A stretch of 64,000 nt of DNA from Dehalococcoidia bacterium (lineage in GTDB: Bacteria; Chloroflexota; Dehalococcoidia; Dehalococcoidales; Fen-1064): the NCBI GenBank assembly GCA_011170375.1, contig DUEV01000009.1:1694-65693 (forward strand). Reading direction: 5' to 3'. Below the pieces are notes generated by a model. It saw only the letters and a list, made by a program, of their open reading frames with translations. It did no database searches and had not been told where the DNA came from. Position 1 is the stretch's first letter. The number at the start of each line of letters is the position of its first letter. Made by a program: the position numbers and the translations under genes. Shown piece by piece: positions 36,643 through 46,083 of this stretch.

Positions 36643-37064
36643 CTGGCCACCTTATAAATAACGATTGAAAGGACGGTTTCATCATTATGCTGAGCAGAGA
36701 CTGTCACTTCCTGCAGACCGTCATCACTGCCGTGTACCGGCACGACAGCAGGGGGTGGTACCGTCCAGCTTTCAGGTATGGTAAGTGTGGGGTCGACCGG
36801 GTATTCCGAGGTGTCATACTGATAACCACACCTCTTAACGTACTCCGCTTCGCTACGCACTAGGCTCTCAGCAATTGACTGTTCCTTGGTGATAATGGTC
36901 GCCTGGGTGCTCGTGCCCATACCGCCAAGATAGGCAATTCCCACCAGGCCGAGGATAGCAATGCCAAGCAGGACCTCAATCAAGCCGGTACCTCTCTCAC
37001 TTCGTACAGGGCAGCCTTTAAGTAGCTCTGAGGTTCTTCCTAAGTGCCTCCACCAGCCGAACAA
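36639..37064 (-). CDS. prepilin-type N-terminal domain protein (pseudopilin)
   Basis: RSERG/TGLIEVLLGIAILGLVG with Glu at +5. The leader is unusually long, so the start is uncertain. Confidence 0.6.
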   Translation of the reverse strand: MFGWWRHLGRTSELLKGCPVRSERGTGLIEVLLGIAILGLVGIAYLGGMGTSTQATIITKEQSIAESLVRSEAEYVKRCGYQYDTSEYPVDPTLTIPESWTVPPPAVVPVHGSDDGLQEVTVSAQHNDETVLSIVIYKVAR

Positions 37065-37202
37065 ATGAAATCACCTCCTGACAGTTGGTTAGGTCAGGTT
37101 ACCTTATTAATACATTCTAACTGCACGTCTACATTTCAGGTAGATTACTTTCGTACACTCGGGATGGTACCTTAGTTCTGAGTAGGCGTGGTGAAAGTAT
37201 CT

Positions 37203-37231
37203 GTGACACTTTCACCCTCGCATCGTATAAT
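37203..37231 (+). promoter_or_regulatory. sigma70-like promoter of the serpin gene (-35 GTGACA, 17 nt spacer, -10 TATAAT)
   Basis: GTGACA-N17-TATAAT about 60 nt upstream of the ATG. A GGGAGG RBS is present. Confidence 0.45.
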
Positions 37232-37290
37232 CAAACAAGGAAGCCCCGGAGATTGCCGGTGGCAATAAGTGGCAACGGGAGGTAGCTAAG

Positions 37291-38571
37291 ATGAAGAGGA
37301 GGCTCGTCTCGGTACTGATAGTAACTATGGCCTTGGTGCTGGTCTTGACGGCTTGCAGTACCACTCTGGCAAGTGAGGTGCTAAGCTCGGAGAAGGATAG
37401 GATTACTTCGCCGGATGTGCCTCAGTCTGACCTGGCCCTTCTGGTTGAGGGCAACAGTGCCTTTGCCTTAGATCTCTATCAGGCTCTTAGAGATGAAGAA
37501 GGAAACCTGTTTTACTCCCCCTACAGCATCTCGCTGGCACTGGCGATGACGTATGCTGGTGCCCGTGGTGAGACAGAACAGCAAATGGCAGATGCCCTGA
37601 ATTTCCTGTTGGAGCAAGAGGAGCTTCACCCGGCGTTTAACAGCCTGGATATCCTGCTAAGTCAACGGGGTGAGGGTGCCGAGGGCAAGGATGAAGAGGG
37701 CTTTCGACTAAACATCGTCAATGCTATCTGGGGCCAGAAGGACTATGAGTTCCTGGATGAATTCCTCGATGTCCTGGCTGAGAACTATGGCGCCGGGCTG
37801 CGGCTTGTGGATTTTATCAATGAGACTGAGAAGTCCCGCGTTGCCATCAATGACTGGGTCAGTGACCAGACGGAGGGTCGTATCGAAGACCTGATTCCCC
37901 CGGGTATCATTACGATACTGACACGGCTTGTCCTCACCAATGCCATCTACTTCAATGTGGCCTGGGAATATCCCTTCGATGAAGACGCTACCTACGATGG
38001 TACGTTCTACGTGCTCGACGGGAGCGAAGTCACCGTGCCGATGATGAGCCAGACGGAGTCCTTCGGCTATGCTGAAGGTGAAGGCTATCAGGCCGTCGAG
38101 TTACTGTACGATGGCCGTGAACTATCGATGGTAATCCTGCTCCCTGAGGAGGGACAGTTTGAGGCATTCGAGGGTTCTCTGGATGCTGCTCTCGTGGACG
38201 CTATTATAGACAGTCTGGGATCTCAAGAGGTTGCCCTGACGATGCCCAAGTTCGAATTCGAGTCTGAGTTCGGTCTCAAGCAGACTCTGGCGGCGATGGG
38301 TATGCCGATTGCCTTCACGGACGCTGCCGACTTCTCCGGTATGACAGGCGTGCGGGACCTGCGCATAGCCGAGGTCATTCACAAGGCGTTTGTCTCCGTG
38401 GATGAGGCTGGTACGGAAGCAGCCGCTGCCACCGCCGTGATTATGGAGCTAACGGCAATGCCAGAGGAACCAGTTGAGCTTACTATTGACCACCCCTTTA
38501 TCTTCTTGATTCGGGATATCGAGACAGGTACAGTACTGTTTGTCGGGCGTGTCTTAGACCCGAGTGTATAA
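37291..38571 (+). CDS. serpin family protein (serine protease inhibitor), lipoprotein
   Basis: Lipobox LTAC at the N-terminus. Serpin core motifs are present (NLFYSPYSISLALAM, NAIYFNVAWEYPF). The reactive-centre-loop hinge is EAGTEAAAATAV, followed by HPFIFLIRD. Confidence 0.85.
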   Translation: MKRRLVSVLIVTMALVLVLTACSTTLASEVLSSEKDRITSPDVPQSDLALLVEGNSAFALDLYQALRDEEGNLFYSPYSISLALAMTYAGARGETEQQMADALNFLLEQEELHPAFNSLDILLSQRGEGAEGKDEEGFRLNIVNAIWGQKDYEFLDEFLDVLAENYGAGLRLVDFINETEKSRVAINDWVSDQTEGRIEDLIPPGIITILTRLVLTNAIYFNVAWEYPFDEDATYDGTFYVLDGSEVTVPMMSQTESFGYAEGEGYQAVELLYDGRELSMVILLPEEGQFEAFEGSLDAALVDAIIDSLGSQEVALTMPKFEFESEFGLKQTLAAMGMPIAFTDAADFSGMTGVRDLRIAEVIHKAFVSVDEAGTEAAAATAVIMELTAMPEEPVELTIDHPFIFLIRDIETGTVLFVGRVLDPSV

Positions 38572-38619
38572 CGTACTCTGAAGATTGGTGGCAGTCCTGG
38601 GTACTGGTCAAGGCTAACC

Positions 38620-39900
38620 CTAGGCTATAATGCCTTTGTCTTTGAACTGAGCGATGTCCTCCCAGGTGTAACCGTACTCGAGGAGGACTTCCTCGGTGTG
38701 CTGCCCGACCTCCGGGGCTGCCATTCTTATCGTGGCCGGAGTCTCACTGAGCATGACCGGGTTTGCCAGAACTTCGAGACGGCCATGGGTGGGGTGGTCG
38801 TAGGCTACAAAGAAATCGTTAGCCCTGGCCTGGGGGTCGTTGATAACCTCGCGCATGTTCTGGTGCACCGCGTAGGGAATCCCTTCTAGAAGTGGTTTCC
38901 ATTCCCCTAGCGTTTTCTTGGCAAAGGCCTCATCAAGTATCGGGTAAAGGATGGCGTTATTTTCCTCTCTGCCCTCAATCGTGTTGAACCTGGGGTCATT
39001 CTCCAGGTCTTCCCGCCCGATGGCCCGGCAGAACTTGCCCCAGTAGCGGTCGGGTTGTAGGGCGACAAACACAATAATCCTCCTGTCTTTGGTTCTGTAG
39101 TACCCGGCGAGTGGATTATGGGCCTTGCTCCTGTAGAAAGCCCTTAGCGGGACAAACGCTGCTTCGACGGCGGCAACTACTTCAGCGGGAGGTTCATCCC
39201 ACCAATCTTCGAAGTCAAGTCCCGTGGCCAGGGCTCCGGCAACGTCGAAACCGAGCTGGTAGAGTCCGGCATGAAGCAGGGCCAAGTCTACTTCCTGGCC
39301 TTTTCCGGTCTTTTCACGCACGTAGAGGGAGGTCATGACACCGTAGGCCAGGGCCAGTCCGGCAAGGTTATCTCCGAAGGCCGGGCGGAAACCTGGCTGG
39401 GACATGCCGCGTCTGGTAAGCATATGGGGGATGCCTGACCTCGTCCAGTAGGCAGTGGCATCATAGGCGGGGGCGTCCCGCTCCGGGCCTTTCTTGCCAA
39501 AACCGGTGAGGGCAGCGTATATCAGTCTGGGATTGAGCTTACTCAGGGTCTCATATTGCATGTTGTATCTTTCCAGTTCGAAAGGCCGTAGATTTGTCAG
39601 GAACACGTCTGCCGTTTCCACGAATTTGTAGATGACATCCTGCCCACCCTTCTGAGAGATATCAATAGTTACGCTCCTTTTATTACGATTGAAGTTCTCC
39701 CAGTTGTAGTTAATCTCCGATGGTGCCCCTGCTCTCCCCGTCTCCTGACCGGCTTGGTAGACCCGCCAGGAATCGCCTGTTTTCGGGTTCTCGATATGTA
39801 AAACATCCGCTCCGAAATCTGCCAGGTGTCTGGCCGCCATGGGTACGGCTGCCACCTGTGAAACATCGATGACCTTGATACCAGCCAGGGCGCTAGACAT
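38620..39900 (-). CDS. family III CoA-transferase (CaiB/BaiF family)
   Basis: N-terminus LAGIKVIDVSQV.A.P.A...LADFGADV, with length typical of the family. Confidence 0.8.
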   Translation of the reverse strand: MSSALAGIKVIDVSQVAAVPMAARHLADFGADVLHIENPKTGDSWRVYQAGQETGRAGAPSEINYNWENFNRNKRSVTIDISQKGGQDVIYKFVETADVFLTNLRPFELERYNMQYETLSKLNPRLIYAALTGFGKKGPERDAPAYDATAYWTRSGIPHMLTRRGMSQPGFRPAFGDNLAGLALAYGVMTSLYVREKTGKGQEVDLALLHAGLYQLGFDVAGALATGLDFEDWWDEPPAEVVAAVEAAFVPLRAFYRSKAHNPLAGYYRTKDRRIIVFVALQPDRYWGKFCRAIGREDLENDPRFNTIEGREENNAILYPILDEAFAKKTLGEWKPLLEGIPYAVHQNMREVINDPQARANDFFVAYDHPTHGRLEVLANPVMLSETPATIRMAAPEVGQHTEEVLLEYGYTWEDIAQFKDKGIIA

Positions 39901-40000
39901 CTCTCCACTCCTCCTGATTCCGCAGTTCTTCTGGCCCTGAGTTTATCATCCGAGTAGCTCGTATGTAAAATGTTTGAGATGGGGATGTCTGCAGATTAAC

Positions 40001-40029
40001 TTGACAATCTCAGCCTGAAATGTCAATAT
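40001..40029 (+). promoter_or_regulatory. possible sigma70-like promoter (-35 TTGACA, 17 nt spacer, -10 CAATAT)
   Basis: The motif spacing fits. It lies about 80 nt upstream of the NifU-like gene. Confidence 0.3.
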
Positions 40030-40108
40030 CAAAGTGTGGCGGGTGAGCAGATTGTGCGGGGCAAACCCGACCGCAAGACCCTAAATATGAATAGGTGGGA
40101 GGTAGTCG

Positions 40109-40327
40109 ATGAACGATAAAGTAGAGGCAATCCTGAATGAGATAAGGCCTTCTTTGCAGGCTGATGGTGGCGACGTTGAGCTGGTAGGTGTCAATGATGG
40201 CATGGTCAGTCTGAGGCTGACTGGTGCCTGTGCTGGTTGTCCCATGTCCACGATGACCCTGAAAATGGGGATTGAGCGAATCCTAAAAGAGAAGTTACCC
40301 GAAGTCAAGGAAGTCGTCGCTGTGTAA
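40109..40327 (+). CDS. NifU C-terminal-domain-like Fe-S protein
   Basis: 72 aa with IRPSLQADGGDVELV and a CAGCPMS motif. Confidence 0.8.
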   Translation: MNDKVEAILNEIRPSLQADGGDVELVGVNDGMVSLRLTGACAGCPMSTMTLKMGIERILKEKLPEVKEVVAV

Positions 40328-40595
40328 ATAGGACTTGAGAAGCAGGCTTTACCTGCCACCTCCAGGGTAGAGAGGGGGTGGGGATTGTCGGAACAGGTTG
40401 TGGGCTTCGTCTCTCTAAGGCAAGTTGGTTTAGGAGTGACGAAGCCTATTCTGTTTTATTTAATGCCTTTTCTCAGTTCATCGATGTTGGTTTCAAGTGA
40501 TTCCGAGGTGGACATATAGCGTATAACAACCTAAAATTACTGGACAAGTGTAATATTTTTGAAGTCTACCGCGAAATCGCCCTGTAACTCGACCG

Positions 40596-41309
40596 GTGGG
40601 TTCCCTGGCTACTCTTATGGATAGAATCAAACAGGTGGAAGACTATGTCAGGTCAACAATGACCGGAGCAGTCGCCCATGACTTCAAGCATGTTGACCGA
40701 GTCCGCCGTTGGGCACTGCGAATCGCCGAAGAAGAAGGGTTTGAAGACCTGGAGATAGTAGAAGTCGCCGCGTTGCTGCATGATATTGGCTTGCCGTCTG
40801 TAGATGAGGAAAGCGAAAGAAACAAACACGGTCAGGTGGGGGCCGAAATAGCGGCAAGGTTCCTGAAGGAAAAATCCGTATTTACTGAAGAGCAAATTGA
40901 GCATATTGCCTTAGCAATTCGACATCACTGCTCACAGCCTGCGCTGGTGGCAGAACTTCTCAAGACCATCGGGGAAAAAGGCAGGCTAATAGCAATCATT
41001 CGTGATGCTGATACGATGGACGCTATTGGTGCTGTTGGCCTGATGCGGGCGTTTACATCCAAGGCTGCCAAGCCCGAATATGACCCTGAAAATTTAAAGG
41101 GTGATACCTGGGGACTGTCCGGGAGAGAATTTGACGAGAGGTTCGCTAAAGGGCTGGGTATAGGTGATACTATCATTGACCAAGTTAATTTTCAGATAAG
41201 CTATTATGATAACCTGAATACGAAAGCAGCTAAGCGTCTGGCGAAGCCGCTTGTCGAATTCATGAAAAAATACATTATTCAGCTTAAGCGGGAAATTAAT
41301 AATCGCTGA
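40596..41309 (+). CDS. HD domain-containing phosphohydrolase
   Basis: H..RV and LLHDIG motifs. The start may be the internal MDRIKQVE. Confidence 0.7.
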   Translation: MGSLATLMDRIKQVEDYVRSTMTGAVAHDFKHVDRVRRWALRIAEEEGFEDLEIVEVAALLHDIGLPSVDEESERNKHGQVGAEIAARFLKEKSVFTEEQIEHIALAIRHHCSQPALVAELLKTIGEKGRLIAIIRDADTMDAIGAVGLMRAFTSKAAKPEYDPENLKGDTWGLSGREFDERFAKGLGIGDTIIDQVNFQISYYDNLNTKAAKRLAKPLVEFMKKYIIQLKREINNR

Positions 41310-41324
41310 GAGGTACGATGTAGA

Positions 41325-41840
41325 GTGCCTGCGGACGAACTCTATGAAGAGAACCTGCCCTTTCCCCTGGCCACGGTCGCCACGCTGGTAATACTCCTGA
41401 TTGCCCTGCTAATGCTCATTCTATTTGTCTTGCAGATAGTTTCTGGCCCGATTGGTAACCGCCCCGCCCCGGACTGGTTCTACCTGGTAATGTTTATTTT
41501 CATGGCGGCCATTACCTTCCTGGTCGCTAATTTCAGAGTACTGACCATCAGGATGACCGGTCAGTCCGTGATGGTGGCCTACGGTCTGATAAAGAAGACG
41601 ATACCTTGGGGCGATATTGAGGAGGGTTTCCTCGATAGCTCTTCGCCGTGGGGTTATGGGGGCTGGGGCGCTCGTCTTGCCCGGGTCGGAGGCAGGTGGC
41701 GACTTGCTTTTAATGTTATGGGTGCTCCCCGAGTAATACTGCGGCTGCGGAAGGGCAGAGCACGTGAGTTCATGTTTTCCACGAGGAACCCGGAGCAGGT
41801 ACTGGCAATTATCGCCCGGCAGACTGGAACGGGTGGCTAA
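41325..41840 (+). CDS. hypothetical membrane protein
   Basis: Two N-terminal TM helices and a basic C-terminal domain. I recognise no family. Confidence 0.45.
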   Translation: MPADELYEENLPFPLATVATLVILLIALLMLILFVLQIVSGPIGNRPAPDWFYLVMFIFMAAITFLVANFRVLTIRMTGQSVMVAYGLIKKTIPWGDIEEGFLDSSSPWGYGGWGARLARVGGRWRLAFNVMGAPRVILRLRKGRAREFMFSTRNPEQVLAIIARQTGTGG

Positions 41841-41892
41841 CGCATTCTGGGCTGCTTGATTTTACGTTCCTTCCCCTCTATTATGGTCATCA

Positions 41893-42645
41893 ATGGTGAC
41901 GTCAGATTCCAAACAGGTTGCCGTCGACATCAACGAAGTAACCTTCCGCTATGGCAACATCAGGGCGCTTGATGCGTTGTCGCTGGAGATTCCTGCCGGT
42001 ATAAGCTTCGGACTTCTTGGTCCTAACGGAGCAGGGAAGACAACCCTCATCCGGTTACTGGTGGGTTTGCTCAAGCCGAAGCATGGCAGTGTCCGGGTAC
42101 TGGGAGAGGTACCTTCACGGCGTGTGGCATATCGCATTGGCTACATGCCGCAGCTACATTCTCTCTATACTGAGCTATCTGTCCAGCAGAATGTGGACTT
42201 CTTTGCCAAGATTAACCGGCTGAGCGGTGGAGCTGAGCGTGCCCGGCGGGTAGAGGAGACCATCCGGCTGGTAGACCTCTGGCCCCGCCGTAACGATTCC
42301 GTGGTCAAGTTGAGCGGTGGTATGAGGCAGAGGGTGAGCCTAGCCTGTGCTATCGTCCACAATCCTCCCTTACTCCTCCTCGACGAGCCGACGGTCGGCC
42401 TCGACCCGGAGTTGAGGGTCACTTTCTGGGAGCATTTTGCTAATCTGAATGAACAGGGGGTCACCATCATTGTTTCCAGCCACACCATGGATGACGCTGC
42501 CCACTGCGACCACCTGGCTTTTATGCGTGACGGCCGGGTAATTGCTCAGGGTGGCCCTGAAGAACTGCGGAGCGATACCGGGCAGACGACCCTAGAGGAC
42601 GCTTTTCTGTACTATGTGCGGAGTGGGGAAAGAAATGCTGCCTAG
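41893..42645 (+). CDS. ABC transporter ATP-binding protein (ABC-2 type)
   Basis: Walker A GPNGAGKTT, signature LSGGMRQR and Walker B LLLLDEP. Confidence 0.9.
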   Translation: MVTSDSKQVAVDINEVTFRYGNIRALDALSLEIPAGISFGLLGPNGAGKTTLIRLLVGLLKPKHGSVRVLGEVPSRRVAYRIGYMPQLHSLYTELSVQQNVDFFAKINRLSGGAERARRVEETIRLVDLWPRRNDSVVKLSGGMRQRVSLACAIVHNPPLLLLDEPTVGLDPELRVTFWEHFANLNEQGVTIIVSSHTMDDAAHCDHLAFMRDGRVIAQGGPEELRSDTGQTTLEDAFLYYVRSGERNAA

Positions 42646-43372
42646 GTATGCCTTTACCATTGCCGGTCGTGTTTGCCGACAGCTACTTCGTGACCGGCGC
42701 ACGATGGCTCTGATTGTGGTAGTACCGATTGTGGTGATGACCCTTATCGGCCTGAGCTTCCCCGAGGGGATAGTGCTTGACCGTATTGCCCCGGCGCTGC
42801 TGGCGACGATGGCACTCTTCTTCAGTTTCCTCCTTACCGGCATCAGCTTCCTCCGGGAGCGCTCCCAGGGTACGATGGAGCGTCTGATGGCGTCATCGGT
42901 ATCGCGACTGGACGTGGTGCTCGGCTACCTGTTAGGCTTCTTCATCTTTGCCCTGACGCAGACATTGATTATTTTGCTGTTCACGATATACGTGCTGGAT
43001 GTCAACTATAACGGAGACCTGTGGCAGATATTCGTATTTCAGATTGTCATCATTGCCGGTGCGGTCAATCTGGGCATCTTTATCTCAACCTTTGCCCGCA
43101 ACGAGTTCCAGATGGTGCAGTTCATTCCCCTTATCCTCTTCCCTCAGGTATTTCTCTGCGGCGTTATCTGGCCGGTAGAGCAAATGCCGGAATATCTGCA
43201 GTGGATAGGAAGATTTCTCCCGCTTAAGTACGGCGTCGATGGCCTGCGGGATATCATGCTTTCCGGGATGAGCCTGATTGACGTCTGGTTCGAGCTGCTG
43301 GTACTGGTCGGCTTTACCGTGGCAACCTCTGTCCTCGCTACACTTACATTGAGGAGGGGGGTGGGGGGATAA
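42635..43372 (+). CDS. ABC-2 type transporter permease
   Basis: About 6 TM helices. The ATG at 42635 follows a GGGGAAAG RBS and overlaps the ATPase gene stop. Confidence 0.8.
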   Translation: MLPRYAFTIAGRVCRQLLRDRRTMALIVVVPIVVMTLIGLSFPEGIVLDRIAPALLATMALFFSFLLTGISFLRERSQGTMERLMASSVSRLDVVLGYLLGFFIFALTQTLIILLFTIYVLDVNYNGDLWQIFVFQIVIIAGAVNLGIFISTFARNEFQMVQFIPLILFPQVFLCGVIWPVEQMPEYLQWIGRFLPLKYGVDGLRDIMLSGMSLIDVWFELLVLVGFTVATSVLATLTLRRGVGG

Positions 43373-43430
43373 GGAACTACATTCGAAAGCCCTCATGGCA
43401 GCCTTCGTTTTGTGGTAGAATCTAGACAGG

Positions 43431-43580
43431 TGCTGAGAAAGGGGAGCCCAGAGGGGCAAAGCCTCTTTGGCGGGGGTCTGGGGGTGTCCCCCAGATATAA
43501 TTATTCCCCCTTCCTGGCTAGGAAAGGGGGTCAGGCCTGCTCGCCGCACAAGGCTTTGGCAGGCGAGGGGATGGTCGAAA
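43431..43580. repeat. cluster of GC-rich hairpins (REP-like intergenic element), copy 1
   Basis: Three hairpins: AGAGG-N7-CCTCT, TCTGGGGG-TGT-CCCCCAGA, and ATTATTCCCCCTTCC..GGAAAGGGGG. It shares CTCTTTGGCGGGGGTC and TTATTCCCCCTTCC..GGGGGT with 49940..50200. Confidence 0.65.
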
Positions 43581-43624
43581 CCTAATCAAATCCAGTGTAA
43601 GTAGTATAAGAACCTGGGGATTAA

Positions 43625-44656
43625 ATGCAGGCAGTTATCCTGGTGGGTGGGCAGGCGACAAGGCTCCACCCCCTAACCGCCAACACACCCAAGGCAATGG
43701 TACCGGTGCTTAACCGGCCGTTCCTCGAGTACGTCATCCAGAACCTCAGTCGGCACGGGGTAACAGAAATTGTCCTAGCACAGCACCATCTGGCCGGGCC
43801 GATTGAGAGCTACCTCGGCGATGGAAGTCAGTTAGGGGTTCGTCTTACCTATGTAATTGAGGAAGAAGCACGGGGCACTGCCGGGGCGATAAAGAACGTC
43901 GAGAGATACCTGGACGGGACTTTTCTTGCCCTGAATGGTGACATATTCTCTGACCTTGACATAACGGAAATGGTCAGGTTTCATAAGGAGCAGAACGCCG
44001 TGGCAACAATTGCTCTTGTCCCCGTGGAAGACCCCACCGCCTATGGACTGATTGAGACTGACCTTACCGGCCGGGTGCAGCGCTTTCTTGAGAAGCCCGA
44101 CCCCAGCGAGATAACCACCAATATGATAAACGCCGGCACCTATGTCCTCGAACCGGAGGTGCTAACGCAGATACCCTCGGAAAAACAGGTCAGCATCGAG
44201 CGGGAGACATTCCCAATGCTGGTAAGTAGTGGTCGGCCAGTCTATAGTTTTCCCTCCTCGGGTTACTGGATGGATGCGGGTACCCCGGAGAAATACCTGC
44301 AGCTTCACCGGGACCTGCTCAGTGGTAAGAGTACCTGGTATACACCGGGGGTGGATGTGGAGGTGCTTATCGGGGAGGGGTGTAATATTGACCCCACGGC
44401 ACCGCTAATCGGTCCCGTACTCATCGGTGCCGGGTGTACCATCGGGGAGGACAGTGTCATTGAGGACTCGGTCATCTGGCACGGTGTTCAGGTAGGGAGC
44501 CGGGTGAGGGTGAAGTCATCAGTGGTAGCCAACAACTGCACACTTGGTGATGACAGTACCGTGGAGGGAGGGGTTCTCGGAGACCACGTCACGGTTGTTG
44601 CCGGTGGCAGAGTGGGGCTGGGCAGTCAGGTTGAGTCGGGTGAGACGGTCGGGTAA
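43625..44656 (+). CDS. NDP-sugar pyrophosphorylase (mannose-1-phosphate guanylyltransferase-like) with C-terminal left-handed beta-helix
   Basis: N-terminal motif ILVGGQATRL.PLT. The C-terminus has hexapeptide repeats. Confidence 0.8.
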   Translation: MQAVILVGGQATRLHPLTANTPKAMVPVLNRPFLEYVIQNLSRHGVTEIVLAQHHLAGPIESYLGDGSQLGVRLTYVIEEEARGTAGAIKNVERYLDGTFLALNGDIFSDLDITEMVRFHKEQNAVATIALVPVEDPTAYGLIETDLTGRVQRFLEKPDPSEITTNMINAGTYVLEPEVLTQIPSEKQVSIERETFPMLVSSGRPVYSFPSSGYWMDAGTPEKYLQLHRDLLSGKSTWYTPGVDVEVLIGEGCNIDPTAPLIGPVLIGAGCTIGEDSVIEDSVIWHGVQVGSRVRVKSSVVANNCTLGDDSTVEGGVLGDHVTVVAGGRVGLGSQVESGETVG

Positions 44657-44787
44657 GAGTGGCTGTACATATAGACGCCGATTTCAGCTTATAGCTTCCT
44701 CCTCTTTAAAGGGTTTTTACTTCTCTCTCTTTGTTATATACTGTCGTCGGCTGATGTTCCTTTCTTGAGTAAATCTGGAGGTGGACA

Positions 44788-46065
44788 ATGCCGGTAACAG
44801 CGATTGTCGGTACCAACTGGGGTGATGAGGGCAAAGGAAAGACGACTGATTACCTGGCGGCCAGGGCTGATCTTGTAGTCCGTTTTCAGGGCGGGAATAA
44901 CGCTGGGCATACCATCATCAACGAGTATGGCAAGTTCGCCCTGCACCTGGTACCGTCCGGCGTCTTCTATCCTGACGTGGTCAATGTGCTTGGTCCCGGG
45001 GTGGCGGTAAACATCGCAGCCTTTCTCGGCGAGCTGGAGCAGCTAGTCCAGCGCGGCGTGCCGGAGCCGGTTGTACGGATTTCGGAGCGGGCCCAGGTTG
45101 TCTTACCATACCACATATTGTTTGACGAGTATGAGGAGGAGCGACTCGGAAGTCAGCAATTTGGCTCCACTAAAATGGGGATAGCGCCCTTTTACGCCGA
45201 CAAGTATATGAAGGTCGGGGTGCAGGTGGCTGATTTGTACCATGAGAAACGCTTGCGGGCACGGATCGAATCGGCGCTGGCGGTCAAAAATGTCCTGGTG
45301 GAACACCTGTATCGCAAACCGCGTCTCGATATAGACGAAATTATCGCCGGGCTGCTGGAAGACGGCCGGCGTGTCGACCGTTTTGTTTGTGATACGACCT
45401 CACTTTTACACAGCGCGCTGGCCGAGGGAAAGGAAATCCTGCTGGAAGGGCAACTGGGTGCTTTACGTGACCCTGACCACGGGATTTACCCTTATCCGAC
45501 CTCGTCCTCGCCGCTGGCCGGGTTTGGTGCTATTGGGGCTGGTGTCCCGCCCTATGCCATCACCCGAATCATTGCCGTGACCAAGGCGTATTCCAGCTGC
45601 GTTGGAGCCGGACCTTTTGTAACCGAGTTGATAGGCCCGGAGGGGGATGAGCTACGTCTGAGAGGGGGAGATGAGGGGGAGTTCGGGGCAACGACCGGTC
45701 GCCCCCGTCGGGTGGGGTGGTTCGACGCCGTGGCGACTCGCTACGGCTGCCGGGTACAGGGTGCTACTGAAGTGGCTTTAACCGTGCTGGACGCACTGGG
45801 TTACCTGGACGAAATCCCTATCTGCGTGGCCTATGAGATTAATGGGAAAACGGTCAGTGAGTTCCCCAATCCGGCTGAGCTTGAGGGTGCCTTGCCCGTC
45901 TTCGAGGTGCTCTCCGGTTGGAGAGAGGATATTTCTGGTGCCAGGCACTTCGACGACCTTCCTGCCAATGCGAAGGTATATGTCCTGCGAATCGAAGAGC
46001 TGATTGGGGTACCGGTGAAATTCGTATCGGTGGGGTCGGACCGCCAGGCAATGATTGTACGATAA
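44788..46065 (+). CDS. purA: adenylosuccinate synthase
   Basis: GTNWGDEGKGK P-loop, GGNNAGHT and TTGRPRR motifs. Length is 425 aa. Confidence 0.95.
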   Translation: MPVTAIVGTNWGDEGKGKTTDYLAARADLVVRFQGGNNAGHTIINEYGKFALHLVPSGVFYPDVVNVLGPGVAVNIAAFLGELEQLVQRGVPEPVVRISERAQVVLPYHILFDEYEEERLGSQQFGSTKMGIAPFYADKYMKVGVQVADLYHEKRLRARIESALAVKNVLVEHLYRKPRLDIDEIIAGLLEDGRRVDRFVCDTTSLLHSALAEGKEILLEGQLGALRDPDHGIYPYPTSSSPLAGFGAIGAGVPPYAITRIIAVTKAYSSCVGAGPFVTELIGPEGDELRLRGGDEGEFGATTGRPRRVGWFDAVATRYGCRVQGATEVALTVLDALGYLDEIPICVAYEINGKTVSEFPNPAELEGALPVFEVLSGWREDISGARHFDDLPANAKVYVLRIEELIGVPVKFVSVGSDRQAMIVR

Positions 46066-46083
46066 TTTCATGAATTGAGACCA

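Noticed and set aside
40081-40359. 92-aa minus-strand ORF
   Set aside because: It overlaps, in antisense, the 72-aa NifU C-terminal-domain gene, which has the conserved CxxC motif (CAGCPMS) and a GGGAGG RBS.
43373-43624. Structured ncRNA (riboswitch, RNase P, tmRNA or SRP RNA) in the long GC-rich intergenic regions at 43373..43624 and 49910..50289
   Set aside because: I could not find any of the conserved core sequences of these RNA families by eye. The regions are better explained as clusters of simple hairpin repeats. A covariance-model scan would be needed to exclude them fully.
44788-46065. Possibility that the purA homolog next to the NUDIX/HAD genes is a PurZ-type enzyme of a Z-base (2-aminoadenine) pathway
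   Set aside because: The P-loop reads GDEGKGK with the catalytic Asp retained, as in canonical PurA. The gene has normal housekeeping length and motifs. The window contains no phage context and no DatZ/MazZ-like HD or MazG genes.
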